Shown piece by piece: positions 1-13,848 of a stretch of 64,000 nucleotides of DNA. The stretch covers positions 44,640,001 to 44,704,000 of the forward strand of contig OX597838.1 in assembly GCA_951406725.2 (NCBI GenBank), in the 5' to 3' direction. The notes under the pieces are model-generated. The model saw only the letters and a program-made list of their open reading frames with translations. It made no database searches and had not been told where the DNA came from. Position 1 is the stretch's first letter. Each line of letters begins with the position of its first letter. The position numbers were made by a program, and so were the translations under genes. The DNA comes from Octopus vulgaris (lineage: Eukaryota).

Positions 1-280
1 TCTTCTAATCCACTTTACGGGCAACACCATTTGCAATGACTGCATATTAAACTGCTTCAGACAAATCACAATCTTTTTTGAAAAACTCAGAAACAGGGTC
101 ACTCCAAGCATCGATTTCAGTCGTTCAAGGCAAGCCTATTGTCTACCGCGAATCTGTGTTTTCCTTCTCGCGTATGGATACAAGACAGGGATCCCCTTAA
201 CACATTGAAGACTATCTAATAAGCCATTCCGTCTAAAGTAATAATATTGCTTTCAGGTTTTGACACAGACTAATAATTTT

Positions 281-435
281 CGATTCCAGTGCTCAAATGG
301 TACTTATTTTATCGATCCCGAAAAGATGAAAGGCAGAGTCGACCGCGGTTGTATTTGAACTCAGAAAGTAAAGATGGACGAAATGCGCTAAGCATTTTTC
401 CCGGTGCGGAAACGATTCTGCCAGCTCGCTGCCTC
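281..435 (-). mobile_element. tRNA-derived SINE, family A (Meta/MESC-like central domain)
   Basis: Reverse complement has head GGC..CGAGCTGGCAGAATCGTT, B-box-like GAGTTCAAAT and domain GTCGAC-TCTGCCTTTCATCTTTTCGGGATCGATAAAATAAGTACC; many copies in this window. Confidence 0.75.
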
Positions 436-2232
436 TGGGACATTGAAAACTTTTAACATCGAATGTCTTTTGAAGACGGAGCACATATATACAACTCCGC
501 CGAACGCAAGCCAGCAGCAGAGCTGAAATCCATATTACCCAGGAAGTGACTGAGGTAGTTCGAACATTTAGTGCGCATGTCCTCGATGTAGGATACTGCA
601 CGGTCAACCACTCAAGTGTCAATGTGTGGCTGGAGGGTCAAGAGAACGGTTCAAATTAAGGTTATCGGAATACAAAACAAATTCAAAACAAAACGTCCAC
701 AACCCTTCAAGGGTAGAATATAAGTCTACAAGCTTTTCACTGCTGCAATCTCTCAAGTTGCATTGGAAATAAGGAACTTGTAAAATACTGAACACTAATA
801 GGAAATGCATAAAAAGAGGTATTTATGGATACTAATACCGACCTTCTACCACCAAACATTTACAAGTCCTGTCAATGGTCGAATCTGAACATCATGTGTT
901 GAGATACGCAATACTCAAATGATTTCTAAACGAAGGAGATGGTCATAATCGGATTTGAATAGACAGTTACCAGCAAGGAAATGCATCGCCATCTTGCTTC
1001 ACGAGTGAGTGAAAAGTGTTCGTTAAATGTTATTACTACTATATTTAAATATCAATTTACAGAATGTGTAACTCATTCTCATATACCACAGCATGGTATT
1101 CTGTTTGATGCATTGTTTATTATCGTTCTTGATTATGTATCTTTCATAGCGTGTCCTTCGATATTGGCGAATACAAACATCAAATCTATTATTGGTTCTC
1201 CCCCTGGAATTCAGGTTGACGGTTTTCATTCAAACACTATAGTGCAATAAACGTGAGGGGAAGACATTAGCCGAGCAACTAACACTTAGACTCACTACAA
1301 ACAAAGGTATGCCAGCATGTACAGACATATACACACATACGAGCAAATGAGGGAGCTTTTTCATGCTCGTTCGACATACTAGAAATAGTAACCAAATCTC
1401 AACCCAATCACATTCTTCCGTGTTAAATAAGGAAATATTAGATTAGATTAGATAATTGTTTCTCATTGGGAGAGGGCCTGCGAGGAGTGAAAAGGGGTCA
1501 GACATATTTGCCATGTTAAGGTGAAATTAGAGATACATATTCGTTCTTAATATATTCCCATAGAATCGAACGTGAATGTGGTAATCGCTGTTGCGTTTCA
1601 ACATTGGAGAATAACGTCTTTTTCGGATGATGCTTGTTCATAAGATACTCGCTTCATTCATGTAAGGTGAGTTCGAGAGGTAGCGATGTTTCAAACTGGC
1701 TGTTTCTTTTCAGTTAAAGCTACCTGCGGATCAATGATTCTAATAAAAAGAATTTTAGCTCTTTATAGAAATTTAGCAGACATTGTATTTGCTGATGCGT
1801 GTTTATTATTGCCACATCCATTCTAATTCATTATGTGCTTGAAGAACAACAATAATTAAAACAATGATACACGTTCAAAAGCATGGTGAAGAAATAAAAA
1901 TTAGATCGATGTAAACTCTATTTAGGCTTTCTCTAATATCTGGGGGAGGGACCTAGTTTTTATCAGTATGAAAATCAGTACATTACGTTATGTAGAACTG
2001 CATATCACCAAAATAACTGGATGGTCATGGCTTGAATGCCCTTAATCACAATTACCTCAAAGGTATTGGACGTAGGACTAAACAAGGGCAACAATAGTAG
2101 TAATAATAATCATTTATATCATGGGCAAGTAAGTACCAGTTGAGCACTGGGGGTCGACTAAACCCTTCTCCCAAAGTTTCAGTCATTATACCGACAGGAG
2201 GACAGATTATTATAACAATTAAGGCAGCGAAC

Positions 2233-2935
2233 GGCGGCGAGCTGGCAGAATCGTTAGCACACCGGACGAAATGCTTAGCGGCATTTCGTCCGTCCTTATG
2301 TTCTGAGTTCAAATACTGCAGAGGTCGACTTTGCCTTTCATCCTTTCAGGGTCCGATAAAGTAAGTACTAGTTACGCGCTGAGAACGACGTAATTGACTT
2401 AATCCCCTACCCAAACATTTCAGGCCTTTTGTCTATAGTGGAAAGAATTATTAAGGCAGCAAGGTGGCTGAATCGTTAGCACACCGGACAAAATACTCAA
2501 GGACATTACTTCAGGCTCTTTACATCGTGAGTTCAAATTCCACCGAGGTCAACTTTGCCTTTCATCATTTCGGGAGTAGATAAAATAGGTACTTGCTGTT
2601 TACTGAGGTCAATTTAATCCCCATGTTCTCTCCTCGTCTAGTTGCTGGCCTTATGTCTAAGTATGAAACTATTATCACCATATTGAAAAACCAATCTATA
2701 GACTGTTTCTCATTCTCATATTCCAGGGTGTTGCATTCAATTTGACGTTTTTTCTATTCCATTCTGTGTTTTTCCCCTATCAGTTTCAAATTTTGGCAAG
2801 TCGATTGCATTGACACCAGTGTTCAACTGGTCCTCACTTTATCGGCCCCAAAGGATGAAAGGCAAAGTCACCTCGGCGAATTTGAACTCAAAGCGTAAAG
2901 ACGGACGAAATGCTACTAAGCATTTTACCAGGCTC
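2233..2935. mobile_element. Cluster of family A SINEs (2233-2450 +, 2453-2670 +, ~2790-2935 -)
   Basis: Repeated GGCGAGCTGGCAGAATCGTTAGC...GAGTTCAAAT...GTCGACTTTGCCTTTCATCCTTTC motif. Confidence 0.8.
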
Positions 2936-3291
2936 GCTGTGTGTCTTTTTTCTATATCGACAACACAAACAGTAAATGTATCTAATATGTTCTACCAATA
3001 AGGGGTCTCGAATATAGTCAAACAATCGATTTGTTAACTGGTTAAACAGTTAGAAAATTGACGGATAATAAAGGAATAAAATAGAACCAGTGCGTGTGTT
3101 TATTATTGATATAACGACCCATCAAAGATACGTCAAAATATGTTTCAACACAGGGGTTCACATCACGAATCTCGTAAACCAAAAACAAAAAATAGAAACT
3201 GAGGGAAATTTTTAGATATTATTTCCAGCTTCCAAGTAGAATCTTTCTCTTTCATTCTCTGTCGAGTTAGCTTGAGTGAATGAAAAATACT

Positions 3292-3329
3292 ATAATAATA
3301 ATAACAATAATAATAACAATAATAATAAC

Positions 3330-3393
<64 letters not shown>
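3292..3393. repeat. (AAT)n microsatellite
   Basis: Direct reading. Confidence 0.95.
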
Positions 3394-3396
<3 letters not shown>

Positions 3397-5042
3397 GCTA
3401 ATTATTACAGCGGTTTGCTGTATTGATACCAGTTAAACGTCAATATAAATTAGATTTCCAAATCTAAAGAGAATCAATAAAACTACTGTTTATATTTCAT
3501 ACCATCTCAGAAAACTGTATTGTTTTTTATCAGCTAATTCTGGACGCCATTACATTAATTGCATTTTAACGTTAAATTTATCACGCTTTTATATATCGAA
3601 GTTAATTATGTAATTAATTAGGCTTTCATGCGTTTTTAATTAGATAATTTTATCTAATTTTATGCATGCATTTGTTTGTTTCTAATGAGTTTTCTTTAAA
3701 ACAGAAAAGCAAAAACAAAAAAGGAGGCAGAGAAGGATGTTTTAAACAGATTGGGTGTATAAATTATATCATATCACATTTCAAAATAACATGGCAGGTG
3801 CAAGCACGGCTGCGTTGTTCAGGTCATCGCTTCGCACTCACCGAATTCAGCTTTCAATCTTACTGCGCATCTGCATATTTGGGGGCAAAAGCTTTCGTTT
3901 ACAATATTACTCACAACACACACACATTATTATTTAAAACGGTTTGACGCGGTTTGAGGTTTCGTTGGTTTCTTACAGGAACTTTAAGTCTCATAAGACT
4001 GAATCCAGCTGTTTTAAATAATAATATATGTAAATCCACTAAATGTGTTGAGTAACACTTTCTATTGTTTGTAGACTCATCAATGCAGTTCATTCAGACC
4101 AGAACCCGATCAGTTTTTCTCCAGATTTTAACCAACCGAGGCTTGCATCACAGTCGACATTCTGCCCCTCTTTATCCACAAATATTTAGTAGCTTTCTCC
4201 TCGGCTTCAGTTTCACAATACATGTTCCGCAAGATTTGCTGCAAACCTATTGAGAATTTTGCAGGACAAACCTGTCGGAATCTTGGTTTGTTCCTCCCTA
4301 TTGAATTTCCCTTTAATTTGTAGAATATTTTCTACAATACGCACATGTCTGAACTTTTGGGTGAAGGGATTCTTGTAGATTTCATCGACTCGAGTGCTTA
4401 ACTGGTACTTATGCTATCGATTCTGAAAGGATGAGAGGCATTGTAGAACACAGCGGAATTTGAACCCAATGCTGTGAAGACAGGCCGTTATTCATCTTAT
4501 TTGGCCTGTTAGTGATTCTGACATTCCGCCCTTCAAAATAAATATTTCTAGATCTGACAAAATGTCGGGAATTTTGAAAGGAGAGAATCGATCGGTTGAT
4601 ATCATTGACCACACTATTTGATTTCATCAGCTCTAAAGGGAGAAAATAGAATTAACCTTGCCATGATATTGGATTCAGCACGTACAGAAATGGAAAACTT
4701 ATCGCAGTGTATTTGCCGTTAAGTAATAAACCTTAGCGATTTACACCGTTGCTTTGCACCATTAACTCCCCCCTTAAGAAGGCATTAACTCGGTATACTC
4801 ACATTTTACTTTATACCAACGAACGATGAAGCTTCTATGCGGTGGTGTTCTCTTCAACTGCAACAGAAAGACAGTTAAATAACATCATATCACGATCTAT
4901 TGAAAAATAAAACACGGGACAATGGACGTCCGATATTATAACTGATGGTAATTGCGCCATTCTATGTTAAAAATCATGCAGAGGTAAAATTTGCGTTCCA
5001 TCTTTTTGGGGCCCAACAAATAAAGCGCATCAGTTAGCAGAG

Positions 5043-5157
5043 CTTCTTCTTCTTCTTCTTCTTCTTCTTCTTCTTCTTCTTCTTCTTCTTCTTCTTCTTC
5101 TTCTTCTTCTTCTTCTTCTTCTTCTTCTTCTTCTTCTTCTTCTTCTTCTTCTTCTTC
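5043..5157. repeat. (CTT)n microsatellite
   Basis: Direct reading; explains the poly-E ORF 4936..5199. Confidence 0.95.
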
Positions 5158-6482
5158 TCCCACCCCCTCCTCTCTGTCTCCTTCTGTCCCCATATGCATA
5201 TATGAATTTATTTACATATATGTATTCGTGTGTGTCTGAGTTTGTACATGTATTTATGTAGTATCTAAATTCATACGTGTGTGTGTGTGTGTTTCACATA
5301 ATTCTACTTTATTCTTCGGCCTGATGATTACGTTACGTGCACACGTCGGTGGAATATATTCATTTATCCAACCAACGAAATACCAATTGCTCTTCGTGAA
5401 AATCGACGGAGAATCCACCATAATTTTTTTTTTCTGTCACTCTAAATTATTGAACATTTTTTGTCTAGTCATTTAACTTAGACATGGCCTGGCCAATAAT
5501 GAGTGCCGAAACGTAATATCTAAGTTTCTCTAAGTTAAACCATACCAGTAACTAATATTGATTTCTTTTGTTGGCACAGGAAAGAAGTATGGAAAAATGA
5601 ATCAATAACAGTAATTGGTAAATTAGTGTTTTATATATTTAATGAAGTGGACATCAAAACATTTACACGTTTCAAGGACGGCAGAGTATTTCACCAAATT
5701 ATTTGTCACGGATATCGGACTCAGGTGTCCCATAGATTTTAGTGTTAAATTACCATAATTTACATACAATAGAAATAGTTGTAATATGAAGAAACTAGAA
5801 GATTAGTTCAATTTGTAATGTTATTTTGAAACCTCGTGTAAGTTTTGGAAGAAAACACTCCGGGTATGTTTCTGTATTATTAAATCCTCTCAGCCAAAAC
5901 ACAGACATTGCTTTATCGTACATGCCAAAATGGTTAAGTATGGAAATTTCCATGAGTGAAGATGAAAAAAACGATAGTAAATTGGCAGGAATGTTAGAGC
6001 GTTGGTGAGATTGGCTCATGACATTTTACCAGCTTTGCGTAGTGTTCAAATTCAGTCGGTGTCAAATTTGAGTTTGGTTCTTTCGAGGTCGATAAGAACA
6101 GTTCCCATCCATGTATTGAATTAGAAGAATAATCAGAGCATCGAAAGAGATGTCTTATGGTACCTGTTCGTTTCTTTGTGTCCTGAAAGCAACGCCTACG
6201 ACCACACAAGTGTCATCGCTAGCCTTAGACTAGCGCCCTTCGTCTTCAACAACATTAGACGCGTACAGAGCGGTGACTTGCATGCGTGCGAGACCAGCAA
6301 TTTCTCAAAATTTCTACGCGCAACAAAATAGTATGCAGGAGTTGTGGAGTTAAGACCCTCGTTTGGCAATAACGTGGTTTCAAGTTCAATCCCACTGAAG
6401 CAAATATCTTCTGCTATAGCTCCGGGCTGATTAATGCCTTGTACGTGAATTTGGTAGATGGAATATGAGTGGAAGCCATTCG

Positions 6483-6649
6483 TATATATACGTACATACA
6501 TACATACATACATACATACATACATACATACATACATACAGACATACAGACAGACAAACAGACAGACGCATACATACATACATACATACATAATACACAC
6601 ATACATACATCCATACATACATACATACACACATACATACATACATACA

Positions 6650-6683
<34 letters not shown>

Positions 6684-6705
6684 CATACATACAGACAGAC
6701 AGACG

Positions 6706-6737
<32 letters not shown>

Positions 6738-6764
6738 CATATATACATACATACATACACACAC

Positions 6765-6797
<33 letters not shown>

Positions 6798-6802
6798 CAT
6801 AT

Positions 6803-6833
<31 letters not shown>

Positions 6834-6863
6834 CATATATACATACATACATACACACACACA

Positions 6864-6897
<34 letters not shown>

Positions 6898-6927
6898 CAT
6901 ATATACATACATACATACACACACACA

Positions 6928-6961
<34 letters not shown>

Positions 6962-7063
6962 CATATATACATACATACATACACACACATACATACATAC
7001 ATACATACATACACACACATACATACATACATACATACATACACACATACATACATACATACA

Positions 7064-7097
<34 letters not shown>

Positions 7098-7184
7098 CAT
7101 ACATACATACATACATATATACATATATACATATATACATACATACATACACACACACATACATACATACATACATACACACAC

Positions 7185-7217
<33 letters not shown>

Positions 7218-7288
7218 CATATATACATACATACATACATACACACACACATACATACATACATACATACATACATACACACACACAT

Positions 7289-7319
<31 letters not shown>

Positions 7320-7352
7320 TACATACATACATACATACACACACACATACAC
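6483..7352. repeat. Compound (ATAC)n/(AC)n/(AT)n microsatellite flanked by family B SINE fragments
   Basis: Direct reading; explains five ~300-390 aa MYVC/HTYI ORFs. Confidence 0.95.
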
Positions 7353-8459
7353 AATACACGCATGATTATATATGACACGATTCTTTCAGTTTCCTTCTCT
7401 CAAATCTACTCACAAAGCATTCAACGGCTTGGTACTGTATTAGAAGATACCTTGCATTATGTGCAGTAAAAGAAATTACGAGAAATGTTCCAATCCTTGG
7501 GAAGAATGGTGACTATCATGTTTGAGGATTTGACTTGATTTTGTTTCATAGAAGGTAGTGGCTTTCCATTCGTGACCATCCTTTCTTTTTTACTGGTGTG
7601 TATGACAGCATTAGAAAATCTAATGATCAAAATAAATAAATAATCTAATTAATTAATTAATAGGGTGCATGTTAATGAGGATTTGTCCAAGTAATGGTTC
7701 ATTCGATGCTAGTGGTGATAAGAAAATAAACTGTTACTGTAGAAATATTTCCATTTGAGTTAGAATTTATTTTAAGAAGAATTTAAAATTTAAGAGCCAG
7801 AAGAAAAAGGAAATTTAAGTAGATGTAATCCTTACATCACGGAGAAAACGTATTGGCCATTTAGATTTACAAAATCTTTTAAACTTCACTGAGACATTCA
7901 TTATTTAATGTCAAATATTTCAATAGACATAATAAGATCTGGTCACTGACAAGTTTGCGCCGGTTTGTGGCGGAGGCGCTGTTCAGTATATGCATGAACA
8001 CTCGGTTGCAATGAGTACTGTCCGAATCCTCGACGTTTTGCAGGGAGAACGGTGGGAATACTGAGAGATTCCATGCCTTCTCGCGCCTGCATAAGCCCGA
8101 AAGACATTTAAGAAAGCATGGTACATCTCCATCAAATTATTCTCGTTTAAGAGTGACGTCTGTGGTGTTCATTTTATACACAATTCATTAGTTATATATA
8201 AAGTCAATTTCCTCGATCTAAATTGATAAAAGATACACAGAGATAACGCACAGAGATAACGTACAAACACCTTTATTTATCATATCGTTAATTTTTTTTA
8301 CTTATAATCTAGTTTAATCAGATAATAGAGTTGTTGGAGACTCCACTATTATCAAATATATACATCTATTTCACACTTTTATATTATTATCATTCGTACC
8401 GATATATTATTAACCCTAATTACATACATACAGATATTGCTGCATATATATGTGTATAT

Positions 8460-8650
8460 ATTGTGTGCCTGTGTTTGTCCCCACCAACATCGCTTGACAA
8501 CCGATGCTTGTGTGTTTACGTCCTCGTTACTTAGCGGTTCGGCAAAAGTGACCGATAGAATAAGTACTAGGCTTACAAAGAATAAGTCTTGGGGTCGATT
8601 TGCTCGACGAAAGGCCGGAGTCAAATGATGGAAGCAAGTAAAAGAGTAAT
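8460..8650 (+). mobile_element. 3' half of a family B SINE
   Basis: CTTGACAACCGATGC...CTTAGCGGTTCGGCAAAA...GGGGTCGATTTGCTCGAC matches the full copy at 32121. Confidence 0.8.
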
Positions 8651-8759
8651 ATATAAATATATATGTATATATATATACAATATAATATAATATAAATAAT
8701 ATATATACATACACAGATATACATACCTACATATAGATGTATATATACATGCATATAAT

Positions 8760-8937
8760 GGTACCGAACATAAAAAACACGTAGACACAATTAGAAACGA
8801 AAACATAAGAATAAAAACATAGAAAACAAACTTTTTTTCGAACAACGATAAAAACAGAGAACCGAGACACGCAACATAAGGAACATTCCCTTCATCAGTT
8901 GAATCTGTCTCATCTACTCCGCCTTTCCGAAGGTAAG

Positions 8938-8940
<3 letters not shown>
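8760..8940 (-). mobile_element. Truncated Penelope-type pLTR-like element in (TA)n, related to 15956-16715
   Basis: Reverse complement GTCCTTACCTTCGGAAAG...CTGATGAAGGGAAT followed by a T-rich tail, similar to ~16490-16715; TA-rich tracts on both sides. Confidence 0.5.
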
Positions 8941-9026
<86 letters not shown>

Positions 9027-9431
9027 GATATTTATATCTTTCAATCTAAAGTGCTAATAGTTGTGTTGTTGTTTACCTCGTTTTATAATTGTAGGAATTT
9101 GTCATGGCATTGCGAACAGAATGGTGATGCTGATGGTGTTGGTGGTAGTGGTAGTTGTATTTGAGTGCTAGGATTGTAGTAGCGTGACGCTGGTGATGTG
9201 GATCGTGTGTAGCCGCTTTCGTGATTGTGGTTAAGTTGGTGATGACCTTCATGAGTTTAGTGGTGATGGAGAAGGTAATGGTATTATTCGTGGTGCTATT
9301 CGACGTGATGGCCATAATAGAGTTGTATAATTAAAACAGTAAAATTCAGTTTATAGAATATGTTGTACCTATTCATAATAAAAAAAATATATAGGGTGGA
9401 TTCCACATGTTACAATTTAGATATGTATGTA

Positions 9432-9501
<70 letters not shown>

Positions 9502-9503
<2 letters not shown>

Positions 9504-10793
9504 AGGGGCGTTCAATAAGTAATGCCCCTGACCCACTTGTAGTTGTTTGATCTAGCTAAACTTTTGAGTGTGCAATTATTTGTCTCTCTATAGAGTAGGT
9601 AGCAAATTACAGCTCTGAACTTATTGGGGTTTCTGATTTACAGGTGTTTGAACTGAGTCAAGTGTGAAATGAAGCCTGTTGAGTGTCGAGCAGTGATCTG
9701 GCTTTTGTATTTGAAAGGATGCACACCACGGGAGACTTTTGATGAAATGAAAGTAACTTATGGTAATGATGCCCCATCATATGACCATGTAAAACGCTGG
9801 CATCGTGAATTCAAACATGGTCGGAACTCGGTGGAAACAGCTCCCAGATCTGGTCGGTCCACTTCTGCAATTGATGAGGCATCTGTCCGTCAAGTTGAGG
9901 CTGCCATTTTGGAAGATCGACGAATAACTATTCGCCAAATAGCCCACGAGGTCAAGATTAGTACCGGGTCTGTGGAAACTATCATTCATGACCATTTGCA
10001 TATGCAAAAGGTGTCTGCCAGATGGATTCCCAGGTTGCTCACACCTTTCCAGAAGCAAGAACGCATCGAGTGCTCGAGGATGAATTTGGAGATGTGCCAA
10101 GAAGATGAGTCAAAATTTTTCAAAAGACTGATTACACAGGATGAAACCTGGGTCCATCACTATGATCCAGAGACCAAAGCCCAGTCAATGCAGTGGAAGC
10201 ACCGTGACTCACCTCCTCCAAAGAAAGCAAGGGTGCAGCCCTCCGCTGGCAAGGTCATGCTCACAGTCTTCTGGGACCAGGACGGAGTATTGATAACAGA
10301 TTTCCTGGCAAAGGGTACCACAATTACAGGAGTCTATTATGCTTCACTTTTGAGGAAATTAAGAAAAACTATCAAAATCAAGAGGCGGGGCAAGATCAGC
10401 AAAGACATCATCCTCCTGCAGGACAACGCTCCGGTCCACAACTCGATGGTCGCTAGATCAGAAGCACAGGCGTGCGGCTATGAACTTCTCCCCCATCCCT
10501 CCTACTCTCCTGACCTTGCACTCTCTGCTTTTCACCTCTTCCCAGCCATGAAGTTGTTTTTGAAAGGAAAACGTTTCCCAGATGATGCAGCCTTGATTTC
10601 TGAAGTCATGTCGTGGTTGGAGGACCAAGCTGGGTCTTCTAAAAAAAACGGTCTCCAGAGCTGTATCAAACGATGGGAGAAATGCGTAACTCTGGGTGGT
10701 TCCTATGTAGAGAAAGACTAATAACTGTGCAAAGTTTCGTTGCTCTACTGCTATGGGAAGTGGGTCAGGGGCATTACTTATTGAACGCCCCTC

Positions 10794-10794
<1 letters not shown>
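9502..10794 (+). mobile_element. Full-length mariner transposon (1293 bp)
   Basis: 37-bp TIRs at 9502-9538 and 10758-10794 (1 mismatch); TA on both sides within (TA)n; internal transposase ORF. Confidence 0.97.
9669..10721 (+). CDS. Mariner transposase, intact 350-aa ORF, probably catalytically dead (DD34D to DD34A)
   Basis: N-terminal HTH region, WIPRLL (WVPHEL-like), TQDETW, QDNA, HPSYSPDLALSAF instead of HPPYSPDLAPSDF. Confidence 0.93.
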   Translation: MKPVECRAVIWLLYLKGCTPRETFDEMKVTYGNDAPSYDHVKRWHREFKHGRNSVETAPRSGRSTSAIDEASVRQVEAAILEDRRITIRQIAHEVKISTGSVETIIHDHLHMQKVSARWIPRLLTPFQKQERIECSRMNLEMCQEDESKFFKRLITQDETWVHHYDPETKAQSMQWKHRDSPPPKKARVQPSAGKVMLTVFWDQDGVLITDFLAKGTTITGVYYASLLRKLRKTIKIKRRGKISKDIILLQDNAPVHNSMVARSEAQACGYELLPHPSYSPDLALSAFHLFPAMKLFLKGKRFPDDAALISEVMSWLEDQAGSSKKNGLQSCIKRWEKCVTLGGSYVEKD

Positions 10795-10847
<53 letters not shown>

Positions 10848-11540
10848 TGGGGCAGTGTATGTATTAATGTTGACTAGAAGAAAATTTAGACACCAAATAT
10901 TATCTAAAATGGTAATGACAAAGATTCGTTCATAACAACGATGCTGGTGCTTTGTTGGCATGTTTCCCTCTGAGTGGGGTTTCGGGCTCTCCAACATGAA
11001 GTCGAGTCTTCGATTCTCGACTTGGAAGCATCTTTGATCAAGGCTATTTATTTCATGCTCTTCCAGGCTACTCTCGGCTAGAATGAGTAGCGGATGAACC
11101 CTCGATATTTCACTGGAAATAGTGAAGATTTTATTATGCCTCCAGCCCCTAAATAGACTCCAAAAACATATTAAAACGTGTTGTAGGTTCCATCAAGTTA
11201 CTATCGCTTGCGCGTGACATCTGTGGTGTTCATTTTATACATAATTTATAAGTTAAATATACTATCAGTTACTTCTTTGTGATATGCATAGTGATAAACG
11301 ATAAAGAGAGATAACACATAGAGATAATGTATAAACACCTTTATGTATCATATCTTTTAATGTTTATTTATTATCGAGAATAATATGATAATAGAGTTAC
11401 TGAAGACATCACCTTTATCAATTATATATATCAATTACATACTATGAGACGAGAATAATAAAATACAATTATCACTAATATACAAATAGCATTACCTCTA
11501 TATACATAGGAATATAAATTCATGTATATATATATATATA

Positions 11541-13478
11541 TTTTTATCTACTTTCAGCTCACAAGCCGTGGCCATGCTGGGGCACCGCCATTTGGTGTTG
11601 CTACATGATTTTACTTCACGAATGCTTTTTAGCAAATGCCATCTGGTGCATGAGAGAGTTCGATGCAGCTGCCCTCATCTGCACCTCCTGCCGTGAAGTT
11701 GGTTCATCTGGGACACCTGACAAGAAGAGACCCAGTTTCATTTTAAAGACATCTGCATTCACCCCATGCAGGTCTCTTAGGTTCTTCGGGAGGATATTGA
11801 AGAGATGTGGGCCTCGGAAGCCCAGGCTATCACAGTATCTTGTCCTACATCTTGATGGCAAATTTGGAGTCCTCGGCACTATGCAGTGGCGCCCAGTTCT
11901 GGTATTTGTGTAACTCTCAATGCCAAAGTTTGGAACAAGTCCTTCTAGGATCTTCCAGATGTATATTATGGCATATCTTTCTCGCCTATGCTCTAAGGAA
12001 TAGAGTCTTAATCTCTTGAGTCTTTCCCAATAGCTTATATGCTGCACAGAGGCTATCTTCTTCGTGTAGCTTCGTTGGATCGCCTCATGTTCTGTGATTA
12101 ACTTGACACTGGATGGTGACCATAGCTGAGAGCAATAGTCAAAGTGGCTTAGGACAAGTGTCCTCCAGAGGACCATCATGGTTTCCTGGTCTCTTGTTCT
12201 GAAGGTTCTAAGAATCCATCCGGTCAGCCGCCTACATTTCATTGCCAATTTAGTAACATGCGCATGAAAGGTTGCATCATCACTCATTGTAAATACCCAG
12301 GTCTCGCACTGATTGTGCCTCTGGGATTGCAGTCCCTCCAGGTCCAGTGTATTTATTGGGTATTGCATTTAGTTTTGCGTGCTGATAGCATAGAGCTTGA
12401 AACTTTTCAGCATTGAACTGCATGCTATTCTTTTCAGCCCACTTGTATATTTTGTCCAGCTCACATTGCAGGTGCTTAGTGTCTTCAGGGTTCTGTATTG
12501 CCTGTGAAACTTTTTTATCATCTGCATAACTTGTGATCGTGGCTCTCTGCGTTACTGAGAGTATATCTGAGAGGGCCATTATGAACAGTAGTGGTCCCAA
12601 AACAGTGCCCTGCGGAACACTATTTGCGTGTTGGCTACTACCACCTGACTTCTATCCTTCAGAAAGTCATGAAGCCACTCTCCCAATTTTCCAACTATGC
12701 CAAGATCACGCAGTTTGTGACATATCATTCCATGATCGACTTTATCAAAGGCCTTTGCAAAGTCGGGATATATGACTTCCACATTTGAGTGGTTGAGCAG
12801 TCGTTTCAGCATCCAGTCATAGTGTTGTAGGAGCTGAGTTAAGCAGCTTCTTCCTGGTCGGAAACCATGTCATTTTCTTCAAGGAAGGTGATCAGTTTCC
12901 TTCTGACTATTCGTTCCATGACCTTGCTGATGTGTGAGGTCAGAGAGATAGGTATGTAGTTCTTGATCTCCGCTCTGCTACCTCCTTTATGAATAGGGCA
13001 TATTTTACCTTTCTTCAGTTTTCTTGGAAGTTTGCCAGCTGCAAGGAAGCTCTGAAAGAGGAACTGCAGTGGTCTTGCTAGGAATCTCTTACGTACTTTT
13101 AGAAGGATTGCTGGTAATCCATCTGAGCCAGTAGCTGAGTTTGTTTTCATTTCATCTATAGCCTTGATTACATCGTCTTCCTTTATATTGATGTAATCAA
13201 TCATTGCTGCCTCCGATTTTATATCTGTAGTGGTAAAGAAGTCAGTTGGATTGGTGATTTGGAAATGCCCAAGGGGTGGCGTGAAAATACTCTTGAATTG
13301 CTCATTTAGTATTTCACTTACCTTCATTGGATTTCCTGTGAGTGTGCCATCCTTTTCAAGGAGTGGCCCTATCCTACAGTGCACCGTAGCTGTTTCTTTG
13401 GCATACCTGTAGAAAGCTCTGGGGTTAGATTTTATGTTGTCTATAGCCCAGGCTTCTTTGTCTGCTCTTTCTTTTTCA
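11541..13478 (-). mobile_element. 5'-truncated, frameshifted CR1/L2-group LINE (RT and C-terminal region of ORF2)
   Basis: ORF fragments with PIHKGG..NY.PISLTS, DFAKAFDKVDH, GPLLF, YADD, DYCSQLWSP, YWERLKRLRLYSLE.RR.R; 3' tail GGCGGTGCCCCAGCATGGCCAC next to (TA)n. Confidence 0.92.
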
Positions 13479-13538
13479 TATATATATACATATATATATA
13501 CATGTATATATATACATATATATATTTATATATAGATT

Positions 13539-13598
<60 letters not shown>

Positions 13599-13643
13599 TA
13601 GATATGTATATATACATAAATATATATACATACATATATATAT

Positions 13644-13741
<98 letters not shown>

Positions 13742-13756
13742 GTACATATACATATA

Positions 13757-13848
13757 GACCGCTAATGCGGTCACAGGAGTGTGACGAAAGAACTCTGGCC
13801 GAAATAATATTAAGATTAATGTAAAAAATAAATAACACTGAAGCAAAG
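13757..13848 (+). mobile_element. Fragment of the HHR-bearing element family seen at 53062-53559
   Basis: About 90 bp closely matching ~53398-53489, with stem II GTCAC-AGGAGT-GTGAC then GAAAGAACTC; core carries G5A. Confidence 0.8.

Noticed and set aside
6196-7378. Five ~300-390 aa ORFs (MYVC/HTYI repeats) and many similar YI, LS, poly-I, poly-T and poly-L ORFs elsewhere
   Set aside because: Translations of stop-free microsatellites; no coding evidence
9669-10721. Host SETMAR-like domesticated gene
   Set aside because: No SET domain; intact TIRs and TA target show an ordinary transposon copy
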